This document shows, piece by piece, positions 17,179 through 25,563 of a stretch of 32,000 nt of DNA. Location of the stretch: positions 3,000,001 to 3,032,000 of the forward strand of contig NZ_CP015137.1 in the NCBI RefSeq assembly GCF_001644705.1, in the 5' to 3' direction. Made by a program: the position numbers and the translations under genes. The stretch comes from Dickeya solani IPO 2222. GTDB taxonomy: Bacteria; Pseudomonadota; Gammaproteobacteria; Enterobacterales; Enterobacteriaceae. Within the stretch, counting starts at the first letter, position 1; every line of letters starts with the position of its first letter. Below the pieces are notes generated by a model. The model saw only the letters and a program-made list of their open reading frames with translations, searched no databases and was not told the DNA's origin.

Positions 17179-17838
17179 ATGCCTGAACAAACCAAAAAGA
17201 TATATTGCAATAACTGCTCTTGCGAAACGAGGCATTCTATCCTTTTCTACAAGAAAAAAATGAACGTAGAAGAAGAAGGAGATCAAATCGTGTGGTTTGA
17301 GGAGGATAATTATTATTTTTCTGAGTGCATGGGGTGTGAAAATATAACACTGCACATAGAGAGCACATATAGCGGGTTGGATAATGAATATTATACCACT
17401 CAATTTCCGCCAAAGATAATAAGGAAAGAACCCAAATGGCTATATAGAATTGATGGTGATGGTATGGTGTTGGGGACATCTGATAAGATAGAAATATTTA
17501 GAGAGATTTATATTTCACTTAAAAACAACACACCTAGATTAGCAGTTATGGGAGTCAGAGCATTGCTCGAAATGGTAATGATAGAAAATATTGAAGATCA
17601 AGGTTCATTTGTGAAGAATCTGTCGAAGCTGAAAGAAAGTGGTTATATTTCAAACTATCAATTCGAAGCGATTAATAAAGTTATAGAGGCTGGTCACGCG
17701 AGCATGCATAGAAGCTATAAGGCATCTAGTGATGAAGTCTCAAGTATTATGGATATAACTGAAAATATTATAGAGTCTATTTATATAAATAAGTTAAATA
17801 TAACGAAAATAAACCCATCTCCCAGGGTTAAAAAATAA
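17179..17838 (+). CDS. Zinc-ribbon / DUF4145-like protein
   Basis: It has an N-terminal CxxC...CxxC (YCNNCSC...SECMGCEN). The C-terminal helical region (AVMGVRALLEMV...LKESGYISNYQFEAINKVIEAGHASMH...SIMDITENIIESIY) fits the DUF4145 pattern, but the usual Arg before the G-N/H-x3-H is absent. Confidence 0.65.
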   Translation: MPEQTKKIYCNNCSCETRHSILFYKKKMNVEEEGDQIVWFEEDNYYFSECMGCENITLHIESTYSGLDNEYYTTQFPPKIIRKEPKWLYRIDGDGMVLGTSDKIEIFREIYISLKNNTPRLAVMGVRALLEMVMIENIEDQGSFVKNLSKLKESGYISNYQFEAINKVIEAGHASMHRSYKASSDEVSSIMDITENIIESIYINKLNITKINPSPRVKK

Positions 17839-17883
17839 AAAAATGGTTTTATATTACAGATAGGGGGTCATTATGTGTATTAG

Positions 17884-19630
17884 TGTGATTACCAAGGGAT
17901 ACTGACGGAATAATTACCGGGCGATTTTGTCGTTATCACACTATCAACGCCCTTCGATTCAGGCAAAGTCTTTTGCGGTATTAGATAGCGATTCCACTTT
18001 GGCTAACCTAAGGGCTATCGTATTCATATTCTCGCGCAGCCAGATGTAACGGACGCCATTAGGGCTAATATCTGCTGAGTAACGATCGTTCATCTGACGT
18101 GATACCTGCACTTGACCAAGATGAGGATTACGTAGAGAGAAGTCGATAATCAGCCTTTCCAGGGCTTCTTCTGTTCGGTTCTTGTGCCGTAAACCTGGTG
18201 TCTCCTGGCGCTTGAGGGCATCAATACCTCCTTCTTTAACCAGCCGTCTGTGACGGTGAATGGTTTCCCTTGATACGCCGCTCAGGCGCGAGGCCTCTGC
18301 TACGTTACCCAGCCTGTCAGCCAATGCGAGTACACCAAGCTTTTTCTGGATATCGATATCCTCCAATGAGGCTTTAGTCGGCTCTGTCACCTCTGATACC
18401 TGTAATTGTCTGCCTGCAAAATAGGCGCTGAACTGTTTATCTTTTCCTGCTCGGATTTCGATTTTCTGATTGGCGATAGAATGCCTGAGCGGTGATTCAA
18501 TGAAATAGAATTTATTGCCGTAGCTGAATGTATGGTCATTGCGGATCTTGCGATAAACCTTGGTGATGCAGATATCATCAAGATTTATGTACCTCGACAG
18601 CGGGGTATATTCGGAGGCGGGTGTTCTTGCTTTGACCGTTAGTTTCTTGCGCCAGAATTGCGGTATAAACACATGCTGAAGGTAGCTGTTAGCACCTGCC
18701 ATATCAATAATATTGTGCAGTCTCAGTTCCGGTATGAGTCGGTCTTGCAGGGTATCGAAGGCACGTTCAATACGCCCTTTGCCCTGTGGTGAGCTGGCAA
18801 AGATGATTTCGATACCCAATTCCTCACAAGCCCGCTGCATCTGGGAGAAGTTGCAACGTTTGGGGCCACCAAAGATACCCGCCCGGTCAACGTACAACGT
18901 CTTAAACACACCATACGTCTCAATAACTGAGCGCATGACTTTCAGGCAGCCTGCGGTGGTTTCTGACAGGAAGAATTCAGCGTGAATATCGCTATTGGCA
19001 TCATCAATCATCGCAATCAGACAGGATTTGTTATTGCCAAACCAACGGTGAGTGCTGCCGTCCATTTGTAGCATCAACCCCGGCGCTTCCATTCGTTCCC
19101 TGCGTTTGTGAACCCGACTTCGCCTGCGCTTTGCGCGTTTTACATGATGAATATCGTGTGCCCATTTTCTCAATGTTTCACGCTTCACGACGAGGTGTTC
19201 ATTGGCTTCCAGCATTTCAGCGAGATGCAGCAAATTCAGGTCATAGTATTTTTCACGGATAAGCGTTTGAACCTGTTGTTTTACTGTATCTGGCGTTTTA
19301 TTAGCAGGTTCACTCCCCGCGTTGCCATGAATAACAAACTGGAGCCCCTTTTCTCGATAACGCTGGAGATAGCGTTCGATGGTACGTCTGGACTTATTGA
19401 GGAGCTTGGCGGCATTGGCAATAGCGATTTTACACTCAGCCACTTTTGCAATGACATCCACGGTCAATTGAGCTTTGGAGTTCAACGTGATCATCCTTAG
19501 CATCCTGTGAGTGTACAAAAAACACTCAAAGAACACGGTTATGGATCAACCGTCAATTTCCCATGGTAATTAGCAACTACGACAGAATCGCGTGGTAATT
19601 AAAGTACGACAAAATCGCTTGGTGTTAACA
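17884..19630 (-). mobile_element. ISNCY-family (IS1202/ISPlu15-like) insertion sequence
   Basis: Imperfect terminal inverted repeats are TGTGATTACCAAGGGAT (17884-) and the reverse complement TGTTAACACCAAGCGAT (-19630). A ~24-bp subterminal motif (..ATTACCnnGCGATTTTGTCGT) occurs twice at the left end and three times at the right end. The element is flanked by direct repeats cATtATGTGTATTAG (17869-17883) and cATaATGTGTATTAG (19632-19646). Confidence 0.7.
17959..19503 (-). CDS. ISNCY-type DDE transposase with an extra C-terminal HTH-like region
   Basis: It has an N-terminal HTH (NAAKLLNKSRRTIERYLQRYREKG) and an rve-like core (LMLQMDGSTHRWF...AMIDDANS...LYVDRAGIF...SPQGKGRIERAF). The last ~125 aa resemble the N-terminal HTH module of IS481-type transposases. 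The start codon is uncertain (19503 or 19494). Confidence 0.8.
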   Translation of the reverse strand: MLRMITLNSKAQLTVDVIAKVAECKIAIANAAKLLNKSRRTIERYLQRYREKGLQFVIHGNAGSEPANKTPDTVKQQVQTLIREKYYDLNLLHLAEMLEANEHLVVKRETLRKWAHDIHHVKRAKRRRSRVHKRRERMEAPGLMLQMDGSTHRWFGNNKSCLIAMIDDANSDIHAEFFLSETTAGCLKVMRSVIETYGVFKTLYVDRAGIFGGPKRCNFSQMQRACEELGIEIIFASSPQGKGRIERAFDTLQDRLIPELRLHNIIDMAGANSYLQHVFIPQFWRKKLTVKARTPASEYTPLSRYINLDDICITKVYRKIRNDHTFSYGNKFYFIESPLRHSIANQKIEIRAGKDKQFSAYFAGRQLQVSEVTEPTKASLEDIDIQKKLGVLALADRLGNVAEASRLSGVSRETIHRHRRLVKEGGIDALKRQETPGLRHKNRTEEALERLIIDFSLRNPHLGQVQVSRQMNDRYSADISPNGVRYIWLRENMNTIALRLAKVESLSNTAKDFA

Positions 19631-20111
19631 ACATAATGTGTATTAGCTCAGACCTGATCTGGCACTGTTACTGCGCAGAACTAAACTTAATCTGACAGGC
19701 AGCTCTGTGCCAAGAGCGGATGTTGTGGAATATTGCTTCACATTCGCCGCTCTGTCGTGGCGGTTCTCTGCCACTGAGCAACATTACCAGCTATCACAAC
19801 CCGGCCTGTGACACCTCACGTAACACGCTGGGGATGGCCCCTAAGAGCGGTAACGAAGCTACCATGACTTTTTATTATGTTAATGGCTTTGCAGCGTAAG
19901 ATGAAGGCTAGTTTTTTCAGTGCAGCTTAAGACCATCATTCACACGCTGGGCGGGTCTCGAGAGTCTTGTTGCAACAACACCTGGAAGGCTGACACAGGT
20001 TGACAGTTGGTTGTGATTACTCATTTGCTGACAGCCATACGCACGAAATATTACTTAATTCTCTGTCGAATATGCCGTTAATAAACAGATGGATTGAAAG
20101 GAACAAAAACT

Positions 20112-20615
20112 ATGAAGCAACTATGGGAAAAACTGGAAGCCATTCTGCAAGACATCGACCCTGATTTATTAGCAGATCTTGCTCCCCCGGCCACTGATGA
20201 GGACATCGCCACGTTAGAGCAGGCTCTGGGTGTGAGTTTGCCTGCCGATTTTGTTGCCTGCATGAAAATTCACAATGGCCAGCACGGTATTAGCCACGGA
20301 CTGTTTGATGAATGCGAGTTCTTATCCACTTCGCGCATTTTACAGGAGTGGCGCATCTGGAAAGGGTTACTCGATGGTGGTGATTTTGATGGAGCTGAGT
20401 CGTGTCCGCAAAGCGGTATTCGTCCGGAATGGTGGAGTCCCGCCTGGATCCCGTTTACTTACAATGGGGCGGGCGATCATCTTTGTCTTGACCTCGCGCC
20501 GACTGACGTTGGGATTCGCGGGCAGATTATCACGCTCTGGCATGATGATGGAGCGCGTGAAAAACAAGCGGACAGCTTCATTCAGTGGTTCACGCAGTAT
20601 GTAGAGCAAATGTAG
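20112..20615 (+). CDS. SMI1/KNR4 (SUKH-1) family protein, a putative immunity or antidote component
   Basis: ATG at 20112 is preceded by AAGGA. Family hallmarks are present: LEQALGVSLPADFVACMKIHNG, EWWSPAWIPFTYNGAGDHLCLDL and IITLWHDDG. Confidence 0.8.
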   Translation: MKQLWEKLEAILQDIDPDLLADLAPPATDEDIATLEQALGVSLPADFVACMKIHNGQHGISHGLFDECEFLSTSRILQEWRIWKGLLDGGDFDGAESCPQSGIRPEWWSPAWIPFTYNGAGDHLCLDLAPTDVGIRGQIITLWHDDGAREKQADSFIQWFTQYVEQM

Positions 20616-20652
20616 GTCTTTTTGCAATAGGTTCGATAAACCAGGAGGGTAA

Positions 20653-22191
20653 ATGGATTTAACATATGAAGAATTAAAACAGCAGCGCCTGCAGAAACTC
20701 TTTAATGATTGCCGGCAGCAAGTGTTGTCACAAATTATCGGGCCTTTCGGGCTTTCAACGGCCATGTTTGAAGATCGCAACGGCGGCAATGTGACAACGT
20801 TGCATAATTTCGAGCGCGAAGAGTCGGATTTCATTGCTGATAAAGACATGTCCAGTCATGCGAAATCGCGTCAGGATTACCAGCGCAAAGAGTATGAAAG
20901 TAAAGATTTTACAGAAAAAAGCAAGAAATTACGGGCCGGCGGTGTTGATGGTTATACGGGGAAAACGACCAATGCTGCGGATATGGATCTCGATCATGTC
21001 ACTTCATTAAATACATTGTCCAAAAATAAGAAAGTGCATCTTGCTCTGGAAACCGGGGAAGGTGTTGAAAAAGTAGTGAAAATGGCCAATGCAGACGAAA
21101 ATCTGGTGACCACACATAAATCGATTAACCGTTCCAAAGGTGCAGGTGAACTGGATACTTTTGCAGAAAAAAATGGTGAAAGGTTTGAGCTGGATCCAGA
21201 GCGAGTCGCAGCAGCGAAGAAAAAATCGGATGACCATGTTTCGACAACGCTTAACTCGGCGCTGATGAAAAAACAGGGAAAAGAGTTGTTGCAAACAGGC
21301 GGCCAACAGGCGTTGCAGATGGGGCTGCGACAAGCACTTGGTTTGCTGCTCACTGAACTGGTGAATGGCTTGTTTAATGAATTCAAAGTTCTCATTCAAC
21401 ACGGCGTTGAGGTAAGTAAAACGTTATTTGAGGAGATCCGCCAGCGCTTAATGCGGGTAATTGCTTCCGTGGTCAAAAAAATCCCCGATGCGCTGGGACA
21501 AATGTTCCAGGGGGGTGTGAGTGGATTTATGAGTAATTTACTCACCTTCTTGCTGAATAATTTTCTCTCAACCGCAAAGCGTTTCGTTACCATGATTCGG
21601 GAAGGGCTGTTGGGACTTTTCCGGGCGTTTAAAATGATTTTCTTCCCACCGGAACATATGACGCCAAATCAAGCGTTACAGGAAGGGTTGAAAATCCTGA
21701 CTACTGTCATCGTGACTTCAGTCGGTATGTTATTGAACGAAAGCATCGCGACGTTTATGGCGACAGTACCGTTTCTGAAACCATTTGCAGATATGCTAAC
21801 GCCAGTGCTTATTGGTATTGCCACCGGGTTGCTTTCTGCTTTTCTCGCATATCAGATAGACACGTTTTTTGATCGCTCCCGTTTTTCGCCGAGCGAAAAA
21901 CTGATGGATGAGATGCTCGCAGATAGCAAACGTCGGGAAGCATTTGCCAGTGAACTGGTGACTCTTTCAGAGAGTTCGCTGGGTAATATTGAAAATTACG
22001 CGAACGCAATAACCCAGTATCAAGCTATTGGGGCAAACCTGGCTACTGCCACGATCTCGACTACAGCAATGCTGGTAAGTCTTGAGAGGACAACTAATGA
22101 TACGGCTGTGCAGGTGGTGCGGAGTACCGCTGCAATTGCGTTTATTAATGAAAGCCAGGCTGAAATTGATGATTTTCTGAAAAATATTTGA
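20653..22191 (+). CDS. Membrane-embedded HNH nuclease-like protein (512 aa)
   Basis: There is a strong RBS (CCAGGAGGGTAAATG). The HNH core at residues ~99-163 is DGYTGKTTNAADMDLDHV ... ENLVTTHKSINRSKG. At least three hydrophobic helices lie at residues ~290-400 (LLTFLLNNFL, ILTTVIVTSVGMLL, MLTPVLIGIATGLLSAFLAY). Confidence 0.75.
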   Translation: MDLTYEELKQQRLQKLFNDCRQQVLSQIIGPFGLSTAMFEDRNGGNVTTLHNFEREESDFIADKDMSSHAKSRQDYQRKEYESKDFTEKSKKLRAGGVDGYTGKTTNAADMDLDHVTSLNTLSKNKKVHLALETGEGVEKVVKMANADENLVTTHKSINRSKGAGELDTFAEKNGERFELDPERVAAAKKKSDDHVSTTLNSALMKKQGKELLQTGGQQALQMGLRQALGLLLTELVNGLFNEFKVLIQHGVEVSKTLFEEIRQRLMRVIASVVKKIPDALGQMFQGGVSGFMSNLLTFLLNNFLSTAKRFVTMIREGLLGLFRAFKMIFFPPEHMTPNQALQEGLKILTTVIVTSVGMLLNESIATFMATVPFLKPFADMLTPVLIGIATGLLSAFLAYQIDTFFDRSRFSPSEKLMDEMLADSKRREAFASELVTLSESSLGNIENYANAITQYQAIGANLATATISTTAMLVSLERTTNDTAVQVVRSTAAIAFINESQAEIDDFLKNI

Positions 22192-22201
22192 GAACAATAA
22201 G

Positions 22202-23224
22202 ATGAGTTTGTTAAATAAGCAGGAACTTCAGGTCATTCAGGCCTTTTCGTCCGCAGATTTGCCGGAACGTCTCTTTCGCGACAGCAACATTAACGAATTA
22301 ATCAGCGGCATGACGGAGGAGCAGCAAACGGTTCAGAAGAGCGCAAAGGATCTTGATTGCCTGCGTAGGGAACAGAGGGACGGAAACTTTATAACTAACT
22401 GGTGGAACGATCGCGACGATCTGTTACAGGATGCACAAATCGATCTCAATAAAGCCATTGGTCGCCTGACGCAAAAATCTTCTCAGTTATTGATTGTCAA
22501 TACGGCACTTTCCAAACTACTGAACCAGCAACAACAGATTTTATTGAACCAGCAAAATATTCTGGAAGGTCAGACACATTCTCTTGCTGAACAAAATGAA
22601 CAGATCCTGAAACACCAGGTGCTGCTTGAAGAACAGCAAAAAGAGATTAATAAGGCCAACCAGGGGCTGATGGATGCCAAAGGCGTAACACAAGAGCAGG
22701 CTAAGCAATTAATTGGCTGTGTAAAGCGGGTGACAGAAGCGGAGAACAAAATTGGTGACGCAAACGCAACGTTGCTCACAGAACTTGAACAGCGTATCGC
22801 GAAATCTGCCTCGGATTTTGCACAGCAGTTGCAGGGCGGCCTGGCGGAGCAGGGAAGGCAGTATAACATTCTCGAACAGATGATGGTGGATAACCATGCC
22901 GTTCAACAGAGTTGCGTTGAAGCTATGCAGCAGTCGTTGTCGCAGGAGCAACAGCAACTGTTTGCTGAATTGGAGCGAAACCGTCTGGCTCTGCTTGATT
23001 CGGTACAATCTACCGCAAACCAGTGTGATGCACTCCAGCAAGAGTTATCCCTTATCGTGACGCAGCATGTCGACAGCCAAACAAGCACCGCTAATGTTAT
23101 TGCTGCGTTACAGGGAGAATTTCGCCAATCCCGATCTCGTCACCGTTTTGCGCTAACGGCGATGGCCTGTGCTATTGGGCTTTCTGTCGGCTGGCAAATA
23201 GTGCAGCACTTTTCGATGTTCTGA
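22202..23224 (+). CDS. Q-rich coiled-coil protein with a single C-terminal transmembrane anchor (340 aa)
   Basis: It starts 10 nt after the stop of the previous gene. About 200 residues have a Q/L/E heptad-like sequence (LLNQQQQILLNQQNILEGQTHSLAEQNEQILKHQVLLEEQQKEINK...). The C-terminal segment FALTAMACAIGLSVGWQIVQHF is hydrophobic. Confidence 0.7.
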   Translation: MSLLNKQELQVIQAFSSADLPERLFRDSNINELISGMTEEQQTVQKSAKDLDCLRREQRDGNFITNWWNDRDDLLQDAQIDLNKAIGRLTQKSSQLLIVNTALSKLLNQQQQILLNQQNILEGQTHSLAEQNEQILKHQVLLEEQQKEINKANQGLMDAKGVTQEQAKQLIGCVKRVTEAENKIGDANATLLTELEQRIAKSASDFAQQLQGGLAEQGRQYNILEQMMVDNHAVQQSCVEAMQQSLSQEQQQLFAELERNRLALLDSVQSTANQCDALQQELSLIVTQHVDSQTSTANVIAALQGEFRQSRSRHRFALTAMACAIGLSVGWQIVQHFSMF

Positions 23225-23233
23225 TTGTGTTAA

Positions 23234-23258
23234 ACCGCATCGCTTATGCAGATGCGGT
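23234..23258 (+). terminator. Hairpin closing the three-gene operon
   Basis: ACCGCATC (23234-23241) pairs with GATGCGGT (23251-23258) across a 9-nt loop, 10 nt after the stop codon. The T-tract that follows is weak (CATTGTTCC). Confidence 0.5.
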
Positions 23259-23389
23259 CATTGTTCCGGTTGCAGTAAAAACGTCACAACTTTTTATGGA
23301 TGCTTAGGAGTCATTTTGGACTAACCGTACTCGTCTTTTACGGCCATAAAATGATGTCATTAACTTCCGCTTCACGCCCTGAGACATTT

Positions 23390-24656
23390 TTATGGCTTCA
23401 GTAAGGGCGAGTGTCGCGCTTCGAGAGCCAGCAAATATTTTGCTTCGTCGTACTGGGTTCTGGTCTTCCAGCAGCGGTAAATGATCCTTATCCATTTGAA
23501 TGCCAGAGCCCGGATTGCTGACTGATGAGATTTTCCTTTTTCTCGCAGCCCCTGATAATACAGCCTGGCCCAGTATGATGAGTTAACCGTCTTGGCAGCC
23601 CATTCAACAAAGGTCTGCCTGACGACTGCCATCGCCAATGAACCCAGGATTTCTGGCCACTTCGTTCTGTCACCGGTGCAATACCTGCGTAGTTTTGAAT
23701 TTCTTCAGCGCTGTTAAACCGGTCGCGGTTATCACCAAGTGCAGCAAGCATCCTTGGGCCCATGCACGACCCCATGCCCGGAAGTGATTTGAACAGCCCC
23801 GCATCTGGCAATGCGTCAAATAGCGTTTCGATTCGTTCGTCATAGGTTTTGATAATTTCACTCACGACTTTAATTTGTGTCGCCAGTGCTGTTGCCATAA
23901 AGCATTAGCCTCTATAACACTCTGATCTGTAGTCAATGGGATAGCGTTATCAATACTCGCAACACGCTGCTCGGTAAGGACCATTGCACGGCCACCTTTG
24001 GCATTCAGAAAGTTGCGGACCGTGTCGCGCCTGGCACGTTTCAGTTGCTGCAGACTGGGCCACCGTATAATCAGTTCACACAACAGTAGGCTGCCCCGGT
24101 GTGAGAACCATCCCAGTGGCTGAGGATAATACTGTTTAAGCGTATTGATTAACCGATTTACAAAGCGTCGTTTATCCTCAACCAGTTGACGACGTTGCTC
24201 AACCAGTTGCTGTAGCAATCGGATATCGGCGTTATTGGGTTCAATGGCTTTTATCTTTTGGGGATAGCGTAGCATTAATTCTAATGCCAGCTCGGCATCC
24301 TGCGGATCATCTTTAGCACCGCTGGGTGAGAAGGCTTGCCGGTAACGAGCCAGGGACAAAGCGTGGACTGGGAAAACGGTGATAAACGGATATTTCTGAA
24401 GAGAATACACCACGGGTCCCTTTTTCAGCCCAAGGGCGATAGCGATCCTGCCTTTTACCTTCTGGTGTAACTTGGTAAGCCAGATATCAAGCGATTCTGC
24501 GGTATGTTCAATCACGTGGAATACGCGTTCGCCGTTTTTAAACTGAACACAGACATCGTGTTTTTTATCTGCCCAGTCCAGACCAACATGTGCAGCAAAC
24601 TGATTAGTTGCAGTCATCACCAACTCCTTTTCATCGGGGATTGGTATGCATTCCAC
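23390..24656 (-). pseudogene. IS110-family transposase gene broken by two frameshifts
   Basis: Three consecutive ORF pieces lie in different frames: MTATNQFAAHVGLDWADKKHD..., then MATALATQIKVVSEII...LPGMGSCMGPRMLAAL...TERSGQKS, then ...VRQTFVEWAAKTV...AFKWIRIIYRCW. The frame changes fall near 23895 and 23630. Confidence 0.8.
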
Positions 24657-24864
24657 GCTCTTCGAAAGAAATATAGCCAGCAGTAAATCTGCATGCCCTG
24701 AGTATTCGTTAGCGAACGTGGAGCACTTACTGGCTCGAAAGAAAAGCGGCGATCATCACATGATTCTCGCTCAATATTCGTAACCAGTAAGCGCATACCC
24801 TGAATCACTTAAAAGTGTAATTCTCAGGGTGCGAATGACTATACCTCGCTCTTGAGGGACAACC

Positions 24865-24901
24865 ATACTCAAATCTCCCACATTGCAGGAGATTTGAGTA
24901 T
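24865..24901 (+). promoter_or_regulatory. Perfect 14-bp-stem hairpin covering the RBS and start codon of the integrase fragment
   Basis: ATACTCAAATCTCC (24865-24878) pairs with GGAGATTTGAGTAT (24888-24901) across a 9-nt loop. The GGAG and the ATG (24900-24902) lie in the 3' arm. Confidence 0.5.
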
Positions 24902-25130
24902 GAACACGTTACTGTGGAACAAAGACTGTATCATCGGACAAAAAAGACCGCTTCAGATATCTCATATCTGGGGGATCCGAATCAGGCTTGAACTGGAAGG
25001 TAAAACGCGCGATCTGGACCTGTTCAATATGGCTTTGGACAGTAAGCTGCGGGGCTGTGATCTAGTTAAACTCAAAGTGTCAGACGTTGCATATGGCAAT
25101 TCTGTTTCAAGTAGAGCTGGCTTGCTCCCC
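24900..25130 (+). pseudogene. Tyrosine recombinase/integrase, N-terminal fragment only
   Basis: MNTLLWNKDCIIGQKRPLQISHIWGIRIRLELEGKTRDLDLFNMALDSKLRGCDLVKLKVSDV matches the N-terminal SAM-like part of small enterobacterial integrases. The catalytic domain is absent, and the frame degenerates before the hns stop codon. Confidence 0.6.
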
Positions 25131-25161
25131 ATTGTATGCCATACAACAGGGAGTAATTTGG

Positions 25162-25563
25162 TTAGATAGCAAAGGTTTCCAGCGTTTTACCACTTTCCAG
25201 CGCAGCAGCGATAGCTTTAGGCGTTCGGCCCTGACCTGTCCACGTCTGTTCGTTGCCGTTTTCATCAGTATATTTGTATTTGGCAGGACGGGGAGTACGT
25301 TTGTTTTTTGCTGTTTTACTGGTAACAACAGCGCCGAGCAGTTCAGACGGATCAATACCATCTTCCAGCAGTTTTGCACGTAAGGCTTCAATTTTAGCCT
25401 GACGTTCTGCGTTTTGTTGCTGTGCGCTGGCTTCTTCTCCACGCCGGTCTTCAACAATGGCGGTCAGTTTTTCCAGCATTTCTTCCAGTGTTGCCAGATC
25501 GGTTTCACGAGCCTGAGCACGAAGGGTGCGAATGTTATTTAATATTTTTAGGGCTTCACTCAT
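25162..25563 (-). CDS. hns: H-NS family nucleoid protein, island-borne paralog
   Basis: [20 protein letters not shown]...EEMLEKL...DGIDP.ELL...[27 protein letters not shown]. The termini are near-identical to canonical H-NS, while the central linker has diverged. A ~300-bp AT-rich region lies upstream. Confidence 0.9.
   Translation of the reverse strand: MSEALKILNNIRTLRAQARETDLATLEEMLEKLTAIVEDRRGEEASAQQQNAERQAKIEALRAKLLEDGIDPSELLGAVVTSKTAKNKRTPRPAKYKYTDENGNEQTWTGQGRTPKAIAAALESGKTLETFAI

Noticed and set aside
17146-17479. Minus-strand ORFs (17146-17403, 17237-17479) opposite the ZnR/DUF4145-like gene
   Set aside because: They are antisense to a better-supported gene. They are hydrophobic and low-complexity because of AT-rich codons, and neither has a start context.
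17959-18380. Reading the 3' third of the 525-aa ORF as a separate IS481-family transposase fragment fused by insertion
   Set aside because: The matching terminal inverted repeats, the iterated 24-bp subterminal motifs and the flanking direct repeats enclose the whole ORF (17884-19630). The HTH-like tail is therefore most simply part of the native transposase. It is still flagged as unusual in the findings.
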